NCBI GenBank assembly: GCA_035456205.1
Contig: DATIDQ010000027.1
Coordinates: 1 to 53,754, forward strand
Reading direction: 5' to 3'
Length of the DNA: 53,754 nt
Source: Pseudomonadales bacterium
GTDB lineage: Bacteria; Pseudomonadota; Gammaproteobacteria; Pseudomonadales; UBA7239
Part shown: positions 10,610 to 21,706 of the stretch, in pieces
How the letters are laid out: each line of letters opens with the position of its first letter
Numbering within the stretch: the stretch's first letter is position 1
Notes under the pieces: model-generated
Told to the model about the DNA's origin: nothing
The model's database searches: none
Seen by the model: only the letters and a program-made list of their open reading frames with translations
Position numbers and translations under genes: made by a program

Positions 10610-11156
10610 GCGTCGCCTTTGCAACCGCCACCATCGCGGGACGCAGCAGGCGGCCATTGATGCTGTACCCCTTCTGCATTACATCCACCACCGAATTGGG
10701 CGCGGCCTGCGGGGCATCCAGCATGGCGATAGCCTGGTGCCATTCCGGGTTGAATATCTCACCCTGCGGGTTGATCAGGTTGACACCATGTTTCTCCAAC
10801 GCGGCCAGCAATGACTTGAGGGTCAATTCCACGCCTTCACGGTTGGCCGCTTCCCCCTCAGGGATAGCCGCCAGTGCACGCTCCAGATTGTCCACCACCG
10901 GCAATAACTCGCCGGCAAAGCGCTCCAGGGCAAACTTGTGCGCCTTTTCTACATCCTGCTCGGCCCGCCGCCTGACATTCTGCATTTCAGCACTGACACG
11001 CAGCACCTGTTCACGCGCGGCGACTACCTCGACCTGCAGCGCATCAAGCTGTGCTTGCTCCGTACCTGCCTGCTCCTGCGCTGCACCGGCCGGCTCAGGG
11101 GCTGAATTGTCAGGGTCAGTATTTTCAAGGTCAGTACTGGAAACAGGGTCAGACAC
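10605..11156 (-). CDS. grpE: nucleotide exchange factor GrpE
   Basis: 183 aa with an acidic disordered N-terminus, then a GrpE core ([34 protein letters not shown] ... VMQKGY). Confidence 0.92.
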   Translation of the reverse strand: MSDPVSSTDLENTDPDNSAPEPAGAAQEQAGTEQAQLDALQVEVVAAREQVLRVSAEMQNVRRRAEQDVEKAHKFALERFAGELLPVVDNLERALAAIPEGEAANREGVELTLKSLLAALEKHGVNLINPQGEIFNPEWHQAIAMLDAPQAAPNSVVDVMQKGYSINGRLLRPAMVAVAKATP

Positions 11157-11207
11157 GAAGCCTCCTCATCTTTGGATTTACGCAGCGAAACACACCACAG
11201 GCGTGGT

Positions 11208-11235
11208 ATATGGGGATGGAAAGGCAGGCTTCAAG
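11208..11235 (-). promoter_or_regulatory. sigma32 (RpoH) heat-shock promoter for grpE
   Basis: Minus strand reads CTTGAA (11235-11230), a 14-nt spacer, then CCCCATAT (11215-11208). This is a near-perfect match to the E. coli sigma32 consensus CTTGAAA-N13-15-CCCCATnT, ~50 nt upstream of the grpE ATG. Confidence 0.7.
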
Positions 11236-11355
11236 GCAGTATTCGGCCATCATTCACCGTTGTGATAAAGTCGCCCGACAAACCGCTAACCACACGCCAC
11301 TATGCCCCCTGCATTACCAGACCACCTGCCAGACTTCCTGCCCAGCCCTGGCGCG

Positions 11356-12840
11356 ATGCTCTTTAACTCGTTCGAGTATCTGCTACTTTTCCTGCCCCTG
11401 ACCGTCAGCATCTATTTTGTACTCAATCGCCGCATTGGCGTTCTGGCTGGAAAATTGTGGCTGGTGACTGCCTCCCTGTTTTTTTACGGCTGGTGGAGCC
11501 TGTCATACCTGTGGTTGATCTGCGGCTCGATGCTGTTCAATTATCTATTGGGTGGCGGCATAGCACACTGGCGAGAACAACGTGGCAACAGGGCGCGCCT
11601 TTTGCTGACTATTGCCATCGTCGGCAATCTGGCATTACTGGGTTACTACAAATATGCCGATTTTTTTATCAGCAACATTAATTTGCTGCGTGACACCCCT
11701 TCGCCACTGCTAAACATTGCATTACCACTAGGCATCAGCTTTTTTACCATTCAGCAAATTGCTTATCTGGTCGATGTCTATGAAGGCGTTGTAGTTGAAA
11801 AATCCATCATCGATTACGGCCTGTTTGTAACATTTTTCCCGCATCTGCTAGCTGGGCCTATTCTGCATCACAAAGAGATGATGCCGCAGTTCGCCGATAA
11901 AAACTCTTCTATTATTGACTGGGAAAATATCTACATCGGGTTATTTATTATCGGGATAGGGCTATTAAAAAAAGTACTGCTGGCAAGCTCACTCTCATCT
12001 GCCAGCGATGCGGGATTTAATAGCGCATCGTCTCTTGCGTTTCATGATGCCTGGATAACCAGCCTGAGCTACTCCATGCAAATTTATTTTGATTTCTCTG
12101 GCTATACGGATATGGCTATTGGTGCAGCACTGCTCTTTAATATTCACCTGCCAGAGAATTTCAATTCGCCGTTCAAAGCAATCAATCTACAGGATTACTG
12201 GAAACGCTGGCACATTACCCTGACCAGATTTATCACGTCATACATCTATACACCATTGGTGCGCTATACCGCTGGATCAATCAATTTCCAGAAATCCATG
12301 ATCGCAACTTTCTTTGCGATGTGTGTAGCCGGTCTCTGGCATGGTGCCAGCTGGCACTATGTCTTGTTTGGCGTCATGCATGGCGCCGGCCTTGTCGTCA
12401 GCCACACCTGGCATCGATTAAAATTCAACACACCAAATTGGCTTGGATGGACGGTGACATTTTTATTTGTAAATATGGCATTAGTAATATTTCGTGCGGA
12501 CAACATGGTGACAGCAAGCAATGTGTTAAAAAGCATGTTGGGGTTAAATGGCTTTGACATCAAAAATGATCTTGCCATGTGGATTAGCGGATTGGCGGAT
12601 CCCGGCACATGGGATCCGTTCAGTGACATAGGATTCTATCCAGCCAGAAAAATCCTGATTCTCCTTTCAGCAATTTTAATCGTGTTTTTTGCACCGAACA
12701 CACTGGAAATCTGCAGAAGCAAATATATATCATCGTCAAAATATGCATATTTATTGACAGGATCAGCCATTGGGATAGGACTTTTCTATATGCTTTTCAT
12801 GACATCCGGCATCCATACTTTCATATATTTCTATTTTTAA
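11356..12840 (+). CDS. MBOAT-family membrane O-acyltransferase (AlgI/DltB/PatA-like), copy 1
   Basis: The ATG at 11356 gives MLFNSFEYLLLFLP, the canonical AlgI/DltB-type N-terminus. Polytopic. Has the conserved His motifs YWKRWHITLTRFITSYIYTPL and GLWHGASW. Confidence 0.85.
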   Translation: MLFNSFEYLLLFLPLTVSIYFVLNRRIGVLAGKLWLVTASLFFYGWWSLSYLWLICGSMLFNYLLGGGIAHWREQRGNRARLLLTIAIVGNLALLGYYKYADFFISNINLLRDTPSPLLNIALPLGISFFTIQQIAYLVDVYEGVVVEKSIIDYGLFVTFFPHLLAGPILHHKEMMPQFADKNSSIIDWENIYIGLFIIGIGLLKKVLLASSLSSASDAGFNSASSLAFHDAWITSLSYSMQIYFDFSGYTDMAIGAALLFNIHLPENFNSPFKAINLQDYWKRWHITLTRFITSYIYTPLVRYTAGSINFQKSMIATFFAMCVAGLWHGASWHYVLFGVMHGAGLVVSHTWHRLKFNTPNWLGWTVTFLFVNMALVIFRADNMVTASNVLKSMLGLNGFDIKNDLAMWISGLADPGTWDPFSDIGFYPARKILILLSAILIVFFAPNTLEICRSKYISSSKYAYLLTGSAIGIGLFYMLFMTSGIHTFIYFYF

Positions 12841-12842
12841 TC

Positions 12843-13988
12843 ATGGAAAACACATTCCGGAACAAAGCAATAAAATCTTTATGCCTGGCCATAGGGATAT
12901 TTGTTTTTCTTCCATCCATGTTTGTTTTTATGGTAGATCCCTGCCAGATATTTCATCGTCCATTTCCGGGATTCTTAAATCATGGTTTTTTCGGGATGGC
13001 CATCTGCCAGAATGCAGGCCTTATCAATACCTATCTACAAGACCCCGATGAAGGCTATGACTCTATATTGATAGGAACATCATTAAGCGGCAACTTCTTA
13101 TCAAAAAATATTGCACAGAAAACATCCTGGAAAAAAACACTGAAACTCACAGCGCCAGCATTAAGCCCTCTGGAACAAAAAAGCATTGCGGAACGCGCGC
13201 TAGCAACCGGAAATATTACGCATGTTTTCTGGGAAATATTTCCATTGAAATATTTCCAGTTGCAGAACGCGGACCCGGAAAATAATATGTATGGTGATTT
13301 TCCGATATATTTATATAACAAGAGCAGGCTTGATGATTATAACTATATCTTCAATATGACCACGCTGGCAGGCGCATTTTCAAGCCTGTCTGATGACGAG
13401 TATTCCAACATTGCAAGCATGGACAAGATTAACTACTGGGATAATGACTGCAAAACAGACAAAACCTGCATCCCGTTTCGCACTGCCGGGAAAATCGCGG
13501 AAATGAAATCTGCGTATATCCATGCACACAACGAGATACCCGCTGCCGATGAGGTCAATGCAATAAACTATAGCGCAGCAGACTTGAATCTTTTGCCGAC
13601 ACTCCTGCATCACTGCAATGACAATACCCGTTTTGATTTATTTTTCCCTCCCGTATCCATGTTATGGCTGGCAACTCAGGAAAAAAATAGTTTTAACTAC
13701 AATGTATACCTATTACGCCACATTGTGGGCAAAGTAGCATCCTGCAAAAATATTCGCGTCTACGCGTTCTATAACGAGTTATGGATTACAGGTGATCTGG
13801 CGCGCTACTCCGATACTGTTCATTTTTTCGGAGATGCACAAGACTACATCATGGAATCAACGGGAAAAGGCAAGCACATCATCACCATGGATAACATTGA
13901 AGAATACGAAAAAACTCTTATCAAAAATGTAAACAGCTATACACCTTGGGCTAGCACAAAAGAAGAACTGCACAACAGCAGCCACTAA
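12843..13988 (+). CDS. membrane-anchored DltD/SGNH-like putative acyltransferase partner of MBOAT copy 1 (function inferred)
   Basis: Starts 2 nt after the MBOAT stop. One N-terminal TM helix is followed by VDPCQIF. G78-T-S80 comes early and D324-T-V-H327 late, the Ser...Asp-x-x-His order of SGNH/DltD-type enzymes (hand reading, not a profile hit). Visibly AT-rich. Confidence 0.55.
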   Translation: MENTFRNKAIKSLCLAIGIFVFLPSMFVFMVDPCQIFHRPFPGFLNHGFFGMAICQNAGLINTYLQDPDEGYDSILIGTSLSGNFLSKNIAQKTSWKKTLKLTAPALSPLEQKSIAERALATGNITHVFWEIFPLKYFQLQNADPENNMYGDFPIYLYNKSRLDDYNYIFNMTTLAGAFSSLSDDEYSNIASMDKINYWDNDCKTDKTCIPFRTAGKIAEMKSAYIHAHNEIPAADEVNAINYSAADLNLLPTLLHHCNDNTRFDLFFPPVSMLWLATQEKNSFNYNVYLLRHIVGKVASCKNIRVYAFYNELWITGDLARYSDTVHFFGDAQDYIMESTGKGKHIITMDNIEEYEKTLIKNVNSYTPWASTKEELHNSSH

Positions 13989-13994
13989 TTGCGT

Positions 13995-14999
13995 TTAATG
14001 CCAATTCTGCACAATATCCAGCATGCGATTGGCGTAGGCCCACTCATTATCAAACCACACCAGCACTTTGACCAGTTGGCCGCTGACGCGAGTCTGGCTG
14101 GCATCGACAATGCCGGAATGCACATCGTGATTAAAGTCACAAGATGCAAGCGGCTCTTCTGTGTACGCCAGAATATTTTTTAATTCGCCGTTGGCTGCAT
14201 TGCACAGCGCACGATTCACACTCGCCACATCAATTGGTTGTTTCAACAGCACCGATAAATCCATGGCAGAAACATTTTGCGTCGGCACGCGCATGGCTTG
14301 CGCTTCAAATTTTCCGTGCAAGTGTGGCAGGATACGCTCGATACCACGCGCCAGCTGTGTATTGATTGGAATCAGGGAATGCAGAGCTGCGCGCGTCTTG
14401 CGCAGATCGGTGTGGTGGTAGGCATCCAGCACCGGCTGATCATTCATCGCCGAATGAATCGTGGTGATCACACCATTCTCGACACCAAACAAATCATCCA
14501 ATACCTTGATTACGGGCACGATGGCATTAGTAGTACAAGAGGCAGCCGATACAATTTTTTGCCGCGCCGACAAAACAGCGTTATTCACACCGCAAACAAT
14601 CGTCGCATCAATATCATTATCTGCCGGCTGGGAAAACAATACGCGCACCGCGCCGGCCGTCAGATGCTTTTCCGCCATTGCACGACAAGAAAAAGAACCA
14701 GAGCACTCCAGCACAATATCAACGTTGTGTTTCTTCCAGTCCAGCGCATCGAGCGATTCATGGGCAGACAGCGCAATGCTGTCACCATTGACGATCAGCG
14801 TATTGCCCTGCAATTCTACGGAACCAGGAAAGCGTCCATGGGTGGAATCGTAACGCGTTAAATAGGCGATCGCTTCTGCATCGGCCGGTTCATTGATGGC
14901 AACAACCTGACAAATATTACGCGCACCGTTTTCATACAGCGCCCGCAAAATACAGCGCCCGATACGACCATAACCATTAATGGCGAGGCGTATCGTCAC
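13995..14999 (-). CDS. epd: erythrose-4-phosphate / glyceraldehyde-3-phosphate dehydrogenase family protein
   Basis: [12 protein letters not shown] fold and a catalytic SCTTN. It lies immediately downstream of tkt as in tkt-epd operons. Epd versus GapA cannot be settled by eye. Confidence 0.75.
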   Translation of the reverse strand: MTIRLAINGYGRIGRCILRALYENGARNICQVVAINEPADAEAIAYLTRYDSTHGRFPGSVELQGNTLIVNGDSIALSAHESLDALDWKKHNVDIVLECSGSFSCRAMAEKHLTAGAVRVLFSQPADNDIDATIVCGVNNAVLSARQKIVSAASCTTNAIVPVIKVLDDLFGVENGVITTIHSAMNDQPVLDAYHHTDLRKTRAALHSLIPINTQLARGIERILPHLHGKFEAQAMRVPTQNVSAMDLSVLLKQPIDVASVNRALCNAANGELKNILAYTEEPLASCDFNHDVHSGIVDASQTRVSGQLVKVLVWFDNEWAYANRMLDIVQNWH

Positions 15000-15005
15000 G
15001 TTGTT

Positions 15006-17012
15006 TTACCAGACCAGGCCTTTTGCGGCAGTCACAACATGCTCCACCGTAAAACCGTATTCCTTGAACAGGGCACCGGCTGGTGCTGACTCACCAAAAC
15101 GGTCAACGCCAATCACACAACCATCCAACCCGACAAATTTGTGCCAGTAATCCGGATGTGCAGCCTCTATCGCTACCCGTGCGCGCGTGCCAGATGGCAA
15201 TACAGTTTCGCGGTAGTGTTGATCCTGCGTAACAAACAATTCTGCGCAAGGCATGGATACCACGCGCACACCATCTCCCAACTCAGCGGCTGCCTCCACT
15301 GCCAGACCCACTTCCGAGCCAGTGGCTATCAGGATCAGATCCGGCTCACCAATTGAATCCTTCAGGATGTAACCGCCTTTTTCGATGTCCGCCACTTGTT
15401 GTGCATTGCGCGATTGATGCGGCAGATTCTGGCGTGAAAAAATCAAGGCGCTCGGCCCGTGTTTGCGTTCGAGCGCGGCTTTCCAGCTTACAGCTGATTC
15501 CACGGTGTCACACGGGCGCCAGGTATGCAGATTTGGCGTAGCACGCAATGCGGACAATTGTTCAACCGGTTGGTGTGTAGGGCCGTCTTCACCGAGACCA
15601 ATCGAATCGTGTGTATAAACAAACAACACACGCTGCTTCATCAACGCCGCCATGCGTACAGCGTTGCGTGCGTATTCCATGAACATCAGGAATGTTGCAC
15701 CGTAAGGAACAAAACCACCGTGCAGTGCGATGCCATTCATCATCGCACTCATGCCGAATTCGCGCACGCCGTAATACATATAATTGCCGCTGGCATCTTC
15801 CGCACTCACACCTTTGCAACCTTTCCACATCGTCAGGTTGGAACCGGCAAGATCCGCCGAGCCGCCGAGGAATTCCGGCAACAATGGACCAAAAGCATTC
15901 AAGGTGTTCTGGCTGGCTTTGCGGCTGGCAATGGTTTCGCCTTTTTCCTGACACGCAGCAATGTAGGCATTGGCTTGTGCAGAAAAATCGGCGGGTAAAT
16001 CACCATTGATGCGACGCTGGAATTCTTTTGCCAGTTCAGGATGCGCAGCTGCATACGCAGCAAAGTTTTTATTCCATTCGGCTTCGCGTGCAACGCCTGC
16101 AGTTTTTGCATCCCAACCCGCGCGAATATCAGCAGGAATTTCAAACGGTGCATGCGGCCACTTCAGTTGTTCACGCGCCAATGCAATCTCATCCGCACCC
16201 AGCGGCGCGCCGTGACAATCTTCCTTGCCCTGCTTGTTCGGCGAGCCAAAACCGATAATGGTTTTGCAAATAATCAGTGTCGGTTTTGCAGTTTCCGCTT
16301 TGGCTTGTTCAATGGCTGTTTGAATAGCAGCAGAATCATGGCCATCAATCGGACCGATCACTTGCCAGTGGTACGCATTAAAACGCTGCGCCGTGTCGTC
16401 AGTAAACCAGCCCGGCACGCCGTGCGCGCCGGCCACTTCACCGTCGATGGAAATACCGTTGTCATCGTAAAACGCAATCAGTTTTCCCAGACCCAAAGTG
16501 CCGGCCAGGGAACAGGCTTCGTGCGAGATGCCCTCCATCAAACAACCGTCACCGAGAAAAGTGTAAGTATGGTGATCAACGATGTTGTGATTATCACGAT
16601 TGAATTGCGCAGCCAACACTTTTTCCGCCAGCGCCATGCCGACTGCGTTGGTGATGCCCTGCCCCAATGGACCGGTGGTGGTTTCAACACCCGGCGCGTA
16701 ACCGTATTCAGGATGCCCTGGTGTTTTGCTGTGCAGCTGGCGGAAATTTTTCAGTTCGTCGAGTGCCAGATCGTAACCGGTGAGATGCAACAGACTGTAA
16801 ATCAGCATCGAACCGTGACCGTTGGATAGCACAAAGCGGTCGCGGTCTGCCCACTGTGGGTTAGATGGATTGTGCTTCAGATGGCTGTTCCACAACACTT
16901 CAGCGATATCCGCCATGCCCATCGGCGCACCGGGGTGGCCGGAGTTGGCTTTTTGCACAGCATCCATAGAGAGTGCACGGATAGCATTGGCAAGTTCACG
17001 GCGAGACGGCAT
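15006..17012 (-). CDS. tkt: transketolase
   Basis: 668 aa with [18 protein letters not shown] (ThDP motif) and a typical C-terminal domain. Confidence 0.96.
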   Translation of the reverse strand: MPSRRELANAIRALSMDAVQKANSGHPGAPMGMADIAEVLWNSHLKHNPSNPQWADRDRFVLSNGHGSMLIYSLLHLTGYDLALDELKNFRQLHSKTPGHPEYGYAPGVETTTGPLGQGITNAVGMALAEKVLAAQFNRDNHNIVDHHTYTFLGDGCLMEGISHEACSLAGTLGLGKLIAFYDDNGISIDGEVAGAHGVPGWFTDDTAQRFNAYHWQVIGPIDGHDSAAIQTAIEQAKAETAKPTLIICKTIIGFGSPNKQGKEDCHGAPLGADEIALAREQLKWPHAPFEIPADIRAGWDAKTAGVAREAEWNKNFAAYAAAHPELAKEFQRRINGDLPADFSAQANAYIAACQEKGETIASRKASQNTLNAFGPLLPEFLGGSADLAGSNLTMWKGCKGVSAEDASGNYMYYGVREFGMSAMMNGIALHGGFVPYGATFLMFMEYARNAVRMAALMKQRVLFVYTHDSIGLGEDGPTHQPVEQLSALRATPNLHTWRPCDTVESAVSWKAALERKHGPSALIFSRQNLPHQSRNAQQVADIEKGGYILKDSIGEPDLILIATGSEVGLAVEAAAELGDGVRVVSMPCAELFVTQDQHYRETVLPSGTRARVAIEAAHPDYWHKFVGLDGCVIGVDRFGESAPAGALFKEYGFTVEHVVTAAKGLVW

Positions 17013-17081
17013 AGCAGAACCTCAAAACGGAAATATATAAAACTGAAATGTGTAGCGTTAAAAAACTGGACAAGCAGCCTA

Positions 17082-18428
17082 TCAGTGTTGCATGCCCAGT
17101 TTTTTCTCAAGATAGTGAATATTGACACCGCCGCGAGCAAAAGCATCATCGCGCAATAAATCCTGATGCAAGGGAATATTGGAACGGATACCGTCAACCA
17201 CGGTTTCATCCAGCGCTGTGCGCATACGCGCAAAAGCGGTAGCGCGATCATCACCATAACTGATCACTTTTGCGATCAGCGAATCATAAAACGGCGGAAT
17301 GGTGTAGCCATTATACAGATGCGAATCCACGCGAATACCGGGGCCGCCAGGCGCGTGCCAGTGATTCACTTTCCCAGGACACGGAATAAAAGTTTTCGGA
17401 TCTTCGGCATTGATGCGGCACTCGAATGCATGGCCACGAATCACCACATCTTTCTGTTTGAACGATAAAGGCAAACCACTGGCGATACGCAACTGCTCTT
17501 TCACGATATCGATACCGGTCACCATTTCAGTGACTGGGTGCTCCACCTGCACACGCGTGTTCATTTCGATGAAATAGAAGTTTTCATTTTCGTACAGAAA
17601 TTCAAATGTACCCGCGCCGCTGTAACCGATATCGATACAGGCTTTCACACAAGCAGCCGACACTTCATCGCGCACTTTTTGCGGAATACCCGGAGCCGGT
17701 GCTTCTTCCAGTACTTTCTGGTGACGGCGCTGCAGGGAACAGTCGCGATCACCGAGGTGGATCGCATTACCTTTGCCATCCGATAACACCTGAATTTCTA
17801 CGTGGCGCGGATTCTGCAGAAATTTTTCCATATACACCGTGCTGTCACCGAATGCCGCCCCGGCTTCAGTGCGCGTCAATTGCACTGCGTTAACCAGATG
17901 CGCCTCTGTGTTCACCACACGCATGCCGCGGCCACCACCGCCTGCAGCGGCTTTGATAATCACGGGATAACCCACCTTGCGGCCGATCTTCAGCATTTCT
18001 TCCGGATCATCCGGCAATGCACCATCGGAACCCGGCACTGTCGGCACACCGGCTTTTTTCATCGCATCCTTGGCAGATACTTTATCGCCCATCAAACGGA
18101 TAACGTCTGCGCTGGGGCCGATAAAAATAAAACCGCTTTTGGCAACCTGTTCGGCGAAATTCGCGTTCTCTGCCAGAAAACCGTAACCAGGGTGCACCGC
18201 TTGCGCGTCAGTGATTTCCATCGCGCTGATGATCGCCGGCACATTCAAGTAACTGTCTGTGGATTTGTTCGGGCCGATGCACACCGCTTCATCTGCCATA
18301 CGAACGTGCATCAATTCGCGATCCACTTTTGAATGCACAGCTACCGTCTTGATACCCAGCTCTTTACAAGCACGCAACACGCGCAAGGCGATCTCGCCAC
18401 GGTTTGCAATAACGACTTTATTCAGCAT
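17082..18428 (-). CDS. accC: acetyl-CoA carboxylase, biotin carboxylase subunit
   Basis: [26 protein letters not shown]... ATP-grasp, 448 aa. Confidence 0.96.
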   Translation of the reverse strand: MLNKVVIANRGEIALRVLRACKELGIKTVAVHSKVDRELMHVRMADEAVCIGPNKSTDSYLNVPAIISAMEITDAQAVHPGYGFLAENANFAEQVAKSGFIFIGPSADVIRLMGDKVSAKDAMKKAGVPTVPGSDGALPDDPEEMLKIGRKVGYPVIIKAAAGGGGRGMRVVNTEAHLVNAVQLTRTEAGAAFGDSTVYMEKFLQNPRHVEIQVLSDGKGNAIHLGDRDCSLQRRHQKVLEEAPAPGIPQKVRDEVSAACVKACIDIGYSGAGTFEFLYENENFYFIEMNTRVQVEHPVTEMVTGIDIVKEQLRIASGLPLSFKQKDVVIRGHAFECRINAEDPKTFIPCPGKVNHWHAPGGPGIRVDSHLYNGYTIPPFYDSLIAKVISYGDDRATAFARMRTALDETVVDGIRSNIPLHQDLLRDDAFARGGVNIHYLEKKLGMQH

Positions 18429-18451
18429 ATTGTTGACTCAATCCAGCCAGT

Positions 18452-18904
18452 TCAGGCAATGGTGAACATGGGTTGATCGAATTCTACCGGCGCGCCGTCA
18501 TCCACCAGAATGGCTTTCACCACACCCGCTTTATCCGATTCGATCTGGTTCATCATTTTCATGGCTTCAACAATGCACAACACATCGCCCACTTTCACAC
18601 TCTGCCCCACTTCTACAAATGCAGGCGAATCCGGTGACGGTGAGCGGTAGAACGTACCTACCATCGGTGAGCGCACAGCATGACCTGACACCACCGCCGG
18701 TGCTGGCGCTTCTGCTGCAGCAACAGGCGCAGCAATCGGTGCTGGCGCTGGTGCGTGCGCAGCGTAAGCCATCGGCGCTGCCATCATCGGCATCACACCA
18801 TTGCGTGAAATGCGCACCGTCTCTTCGCCTTCACGAATTTCCAGTTCACCAATATTGGACTCTTCCAACAGTTCAATCAGCTTCTTGATCTTGCGAATAT
18901 CCAT
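18452..18904 (-). CDS. accB: acetyl-CoA carboxylase biotin carboxyl carrier protein
   Basis: Ala/Pro-rich linker and the biotinylation motif EAMKMMN. Confidence 0.94.
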   Translation of the reverse strand: MDIRKIKKLIELLEESNIGELEIREGEETVRISRNGVMPMMAAPMAYAAHAPAPAPIAAPVAAAEAPAPAVVSGHAVRSPMVGTFYRSPSPDSPAFVEVGQSVKVGDVLCIVEAMKMMNQIESDKAGVVKAILVDDGAPVEFDQPMFTIA

Positions 18905-18958
18905 AGTGTCAGCACACCCTCAGAAAGTGTTTTTGATAAACATGTTTATAAAAGAAAC

Positions 18959-19402
18959 TTATTTCGCGGCCAGTTTCTTGATGGCGGCCTGTAATGCCAG
19001 CTCATAACCCACAGCCCCCAGACCGCAGATCAAGCCATCAGCAATGTCGGAAAAGAACGAGTGCTGGCGAAACTCTTCACGCTCGTACACATTCGACAGA
19101 TGCACTTCGATGAATGGAATGCCCACGGCCAACAGCGCATCGCGCAACGCTACGCTGGTATGTGTAAAGGCAGCCGGGTTGAAAATAATGTAATCGACCC
19201 CTTCACGGCGTGCATCATGGATGCGGTTGATCAGTTCGTATTCGGCATTGCTCTGCAACACTTGCAGGTGATGGCCAGCAGCCAATGCCAGTGCCGTCAG
19301 TTGTGAATTGATGCTCGCCAGAGTATCCGCGCCATAGACATCCGGTTCACGGGTGCCTAGCAGGTTCAGGTTGGGGCCGTGCAACACCAGCAGGGTAGCC
19401 AT
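18959..19402 (-). CDS. aroQ: type II 3-dehydroquinate dehydratase
   Basis: [20 protein letters not shown]... plus the aroQ-accB-accC order. Confidence 0.94.
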   Translation of the reverse strand: MATLLVLHGPNLNLLGTREPDVYGADTLASINSQLTALALAAGHHLQVLQSNAEYELINRIHDARREGVDYIIFNPAAFTHTSVALRDALLAVGIPFIEVHLSNVYEREEFRQHSFFSDIADGLICGLGAVGYELALQAAIKKLAAK

Positions 19403-19539
19403 GGCAGATCCTCAAATCTTCGGGATGACAATGGGCGCAGTTTGCCGCAAGGTGGAGGGACTGTCCATGCACAATTGCGCCAACTTGCTGCAATTGTCTG
19501 CAAATAGCCGCAAGTTGGTCTATCTATTTAATGGCTTTT

Positions 19540-20493
19540 CTATTTAAGAAGGCGCCGCATCGCCCACAGCACCAGTGGCGCCAGCGGCGCCGTGAACAGC
19601 CTGACCCAACGCAAGCGCTGCTGCATATCCCGCTGGTAATCGGCAAAGCTGTGGTTCTGGAACTGCAGGATATCCTGCGTCTGTGCCGTGTCCATCCACG
19701 AGGTGTAATAACGCTCGGTACCCAGCATATCGCGTGGCAGCTGGATGCCCAGCGCATTGATTGCCGCGCTGAGAAACCGGTGCTGGGTCACGCGGCAGTC
19801 ACCGCCACCGCCAATCAATAGAATCCGGCCCACGGCGCGAGGATTGTTGATGGCATTGACCATCGCAGTGGCCACATCACAGGGATGCACGTATTCCAGC
19901 GGGTTGTCCGGAGCCACCTGGAACAACTTACGCATCATCTGCAAATCTGCCCCCAAGGTACGGGAATCCACTGACACCCCTACCCGCAATACAGCCCAGG
20001 GAATAGTGCTAGCCGCCAGTTGCTGCTCGATTTCCACTTTATGGCGCGTGTAGTTATCGCTGGACGCTACCGGATCATTCGCTGCCATCAGGCGGTCAGA
20101 GGGTTCCGGCAAACCAAACACCGTCACTGAAGAGGGATACACCAACAAGGGCTTGTTCACCCGCCCCTCTATATCTGCCATCAGACGCAAGGTCGCTTTG
20201 ACGTTGATATCGTAAGCCAGCTCAGGTGCCCGCTCGGTCACCGGTGGCAGTACCGCCGCCAGATGAATGACAGCGACGCACCCCTGCAATAACGGTTTGA
20301 AGTCGACACTGCGCAAATCACCCCAGGCCAGTTCGTCATACACAGTAGAGAGCTGACCAGCCAGTGTCCGGTTGCGCGGGTTATCGAGATCCATAGCCAG
20401 CACGCGATAGCCGTGCTGTTTGAGTTCTGCCAACACCATCTGCCCGAGATTCCCGAAGGCGCCGGTGACGAGCACAGTTCTTGATACAGTCAT
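19540..20493 (-). CDS. NAD(P)-dependent epimerase/dehydratase (extended SDR) family protein
   Basis: VLVTGAFGNLG Rossmann motif and a YTRHK (YxxxK) active site. Substrate unknown. Confidence 0.75.
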   Translation of the reverse strand: MTVSRTVLVTGAFGNLGQMVLAELKQHGYRVLAMDLDNPRNRTLAGQLSTVYDELAWGDLRSVDFKPLLQGCVAVIHLAAVLPPVTERAPELAYDINVKATLRLMADIEGRVNKPLLVYPSSVTVFGLPEPSDRLMAANDPVASSDNYTRHKVEIEQQLAASTIPWAVLRVGVSVDSRTLGADLQMMRKLFQVAPDNPLEYVHPCDVATAMVNAINNPRAVGRILLIGGGGDCRVTQHRFLSAAINALGIQLPRDMLGTERYYTSWMDTAQTQDILQFQNHSFADYQRDMQQRLRWVRLFTAPLAPLVLWAMRRLLK

Positions 20494-20571
20494 AGTCAGT
20501 AATATTTATTTTTGGGGATGCGAGCATGAATTTCTTCGGCGAGCTTTGCAAGTTACGTTTATGCTAGGGCC

Positions 20572-21501
20572 ATGCATAATCATTTTGCCCACCAGCACAC
20601 TACACAGGCCAGCCAACAATACGGCAGCACCGTGACCATGAGCGCCGAACACCAGCGTCTTTTGAAACTGGCCAGTGCGGCAGCGGTTATCGTGGCCGTG
20701 ACATTGATCGCATTGAAACTGTCGGCCTGGTTGATGAGCGGCTCAGTCAGCCTGCTCGCTTCGTTGGTAGATTCGACGATGGACAGTATGGTATCGATCA
20801 TCAATGTCTTCGCCGTGCGCTACGCCATGACACCCGCAGACAAGGAACACCGTTTTGGCCACGGCAAGGCGGAAGCCGTGGCCGGATTAGCGCAAGCTGC
20901 TTTCATTGCCGGCTCTGCCGGATTTTTGTTTCTGCACGCTATCGACAATATTCTCAAGCCGCATCCCGTTAGCCATACCGATGCAGGCCTCATCGTGATG
21001 GGTATATCCATCGCGCTGACTATCGCGCTGGTGAGTTTGCAGAAATACGTCGTTAAAAAAACGCACTCGAATGCCATCGAAGCCGATTCAGTGCACTACC
21101 TCAGTGATATTCTCGCCAATGCCAGTATCATTGTTGCACTGCTACTATCGCAGTGGGGTTACAAACATGTTGACGCGAGCCTCGGTATTATCATTGCGGT
21201 TTTTATTTTGCACAGCGCATGGCAGATCGGCTCCAAATCATTACGGCTGTTGCTGGATGAAGAGCTGGGGCCGGAAGTCTGGCAGGTAGTGGATGAAATT
21301 GTTGCCGAAAATCCCGCAGTGCGCGGTTATCATCAACTACGGACGCGACAGGCAGGTCATATCATGTTTGTACAAATGCATCTGGAACTGGATAAACACA
21401 TGCCACTGCTGGAAGCCCATGCGATTACCGAAGAAATTGAACAGGCAATCTGTGGTTATTTCCCGAATGCCGATGTATTGATTCACACCGATCCCGTCTG
21501 A
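20572..21501 (+). CDS. fieF: cation diffusion facilitator family metal efflux transporter
   Basis: WLMSGSVSLLASLVDSTMD, HYLSDILAN and a C-terminal CDF domain. The His-rich extreme N-terminus MHNHFAHQH favours the upstream start. An alternative ATG lies at 20638. Confidence 0.82.
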   Translation: MHNHFAHQHTTQASQQYGSTVTMSAEHQRLLKLASAAAVIVAVTLIALKLSAWLMSGSVSLLASLVDSTMDSMVSIINVFAVRYAMTPADKEHRFGHGKAEAVAGLAQAAFIAGSAGFLFLHAIDNILKPHPVSHTDAGLIVMGISIALTIALVSLQKYVVKKTHSNAIEADSVHYLSDILANASIIVALLLSQWGYKHVDASLGIIIAVFILHSAWQIGSKSLRLLLDEELGPEVWQVVDEIVAENPAVRGYHQLRTRQAGHIMFVQMHLELDKHMPLLEAHAITEEIEQAICGYFPNADVLIHTDPV

Positions 21502-21511
21502 GAATCTAGCG

Positions 21512-21706
21512 ATGGAAGAAGATCTGACTATCACACTGAAGCGGTTGCGCGAAGAACACCGTACGCTGGATAACGAAATTGTTTGCCTGCAAGAAAAAGC
21601 GTATTGCGATCAGCTATTGTTGCAGCGTTTGAAGAAACGGAAATTATGGTTGAAAGATGCCATGGTGCGTATCGAAAGTCGCCTCATCCCTGATCTGGAT
21701 GCCTGA
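21512..21706 (+). CDS. YdcH/DUF465-like small coiled-coil protein
   Basis: 64 aa. LKRLREEHRTLDNEI ... LQRLKKRKLWLKDAM resembles the DUF465 pattern. The stop codon lies inside a 13-bp tandem duplication. Confidence 0.6.
   Translation: MEEDLTITLKRLREEHRTLDNEIVCLQEKAYCDQLLLQRLKKRKLWLKDAMVRIESRLIPDLDA

Noticed and set aside
16041-16829. A 262-aa ORF antisense to tkt.
   Set aside because: It is an antisense shadow of transketolase, Arg/Cys-rich, with no Shine-Dalgarno.
19353-19547. A 64-aa plus-strand ORF spanning the aroQ upstream intergenic region.
   Set aside because: It begins inside aroQ on the antisense strand and has no Shine-Dalgarno. The region is better explained by the repeat/hairpin element.
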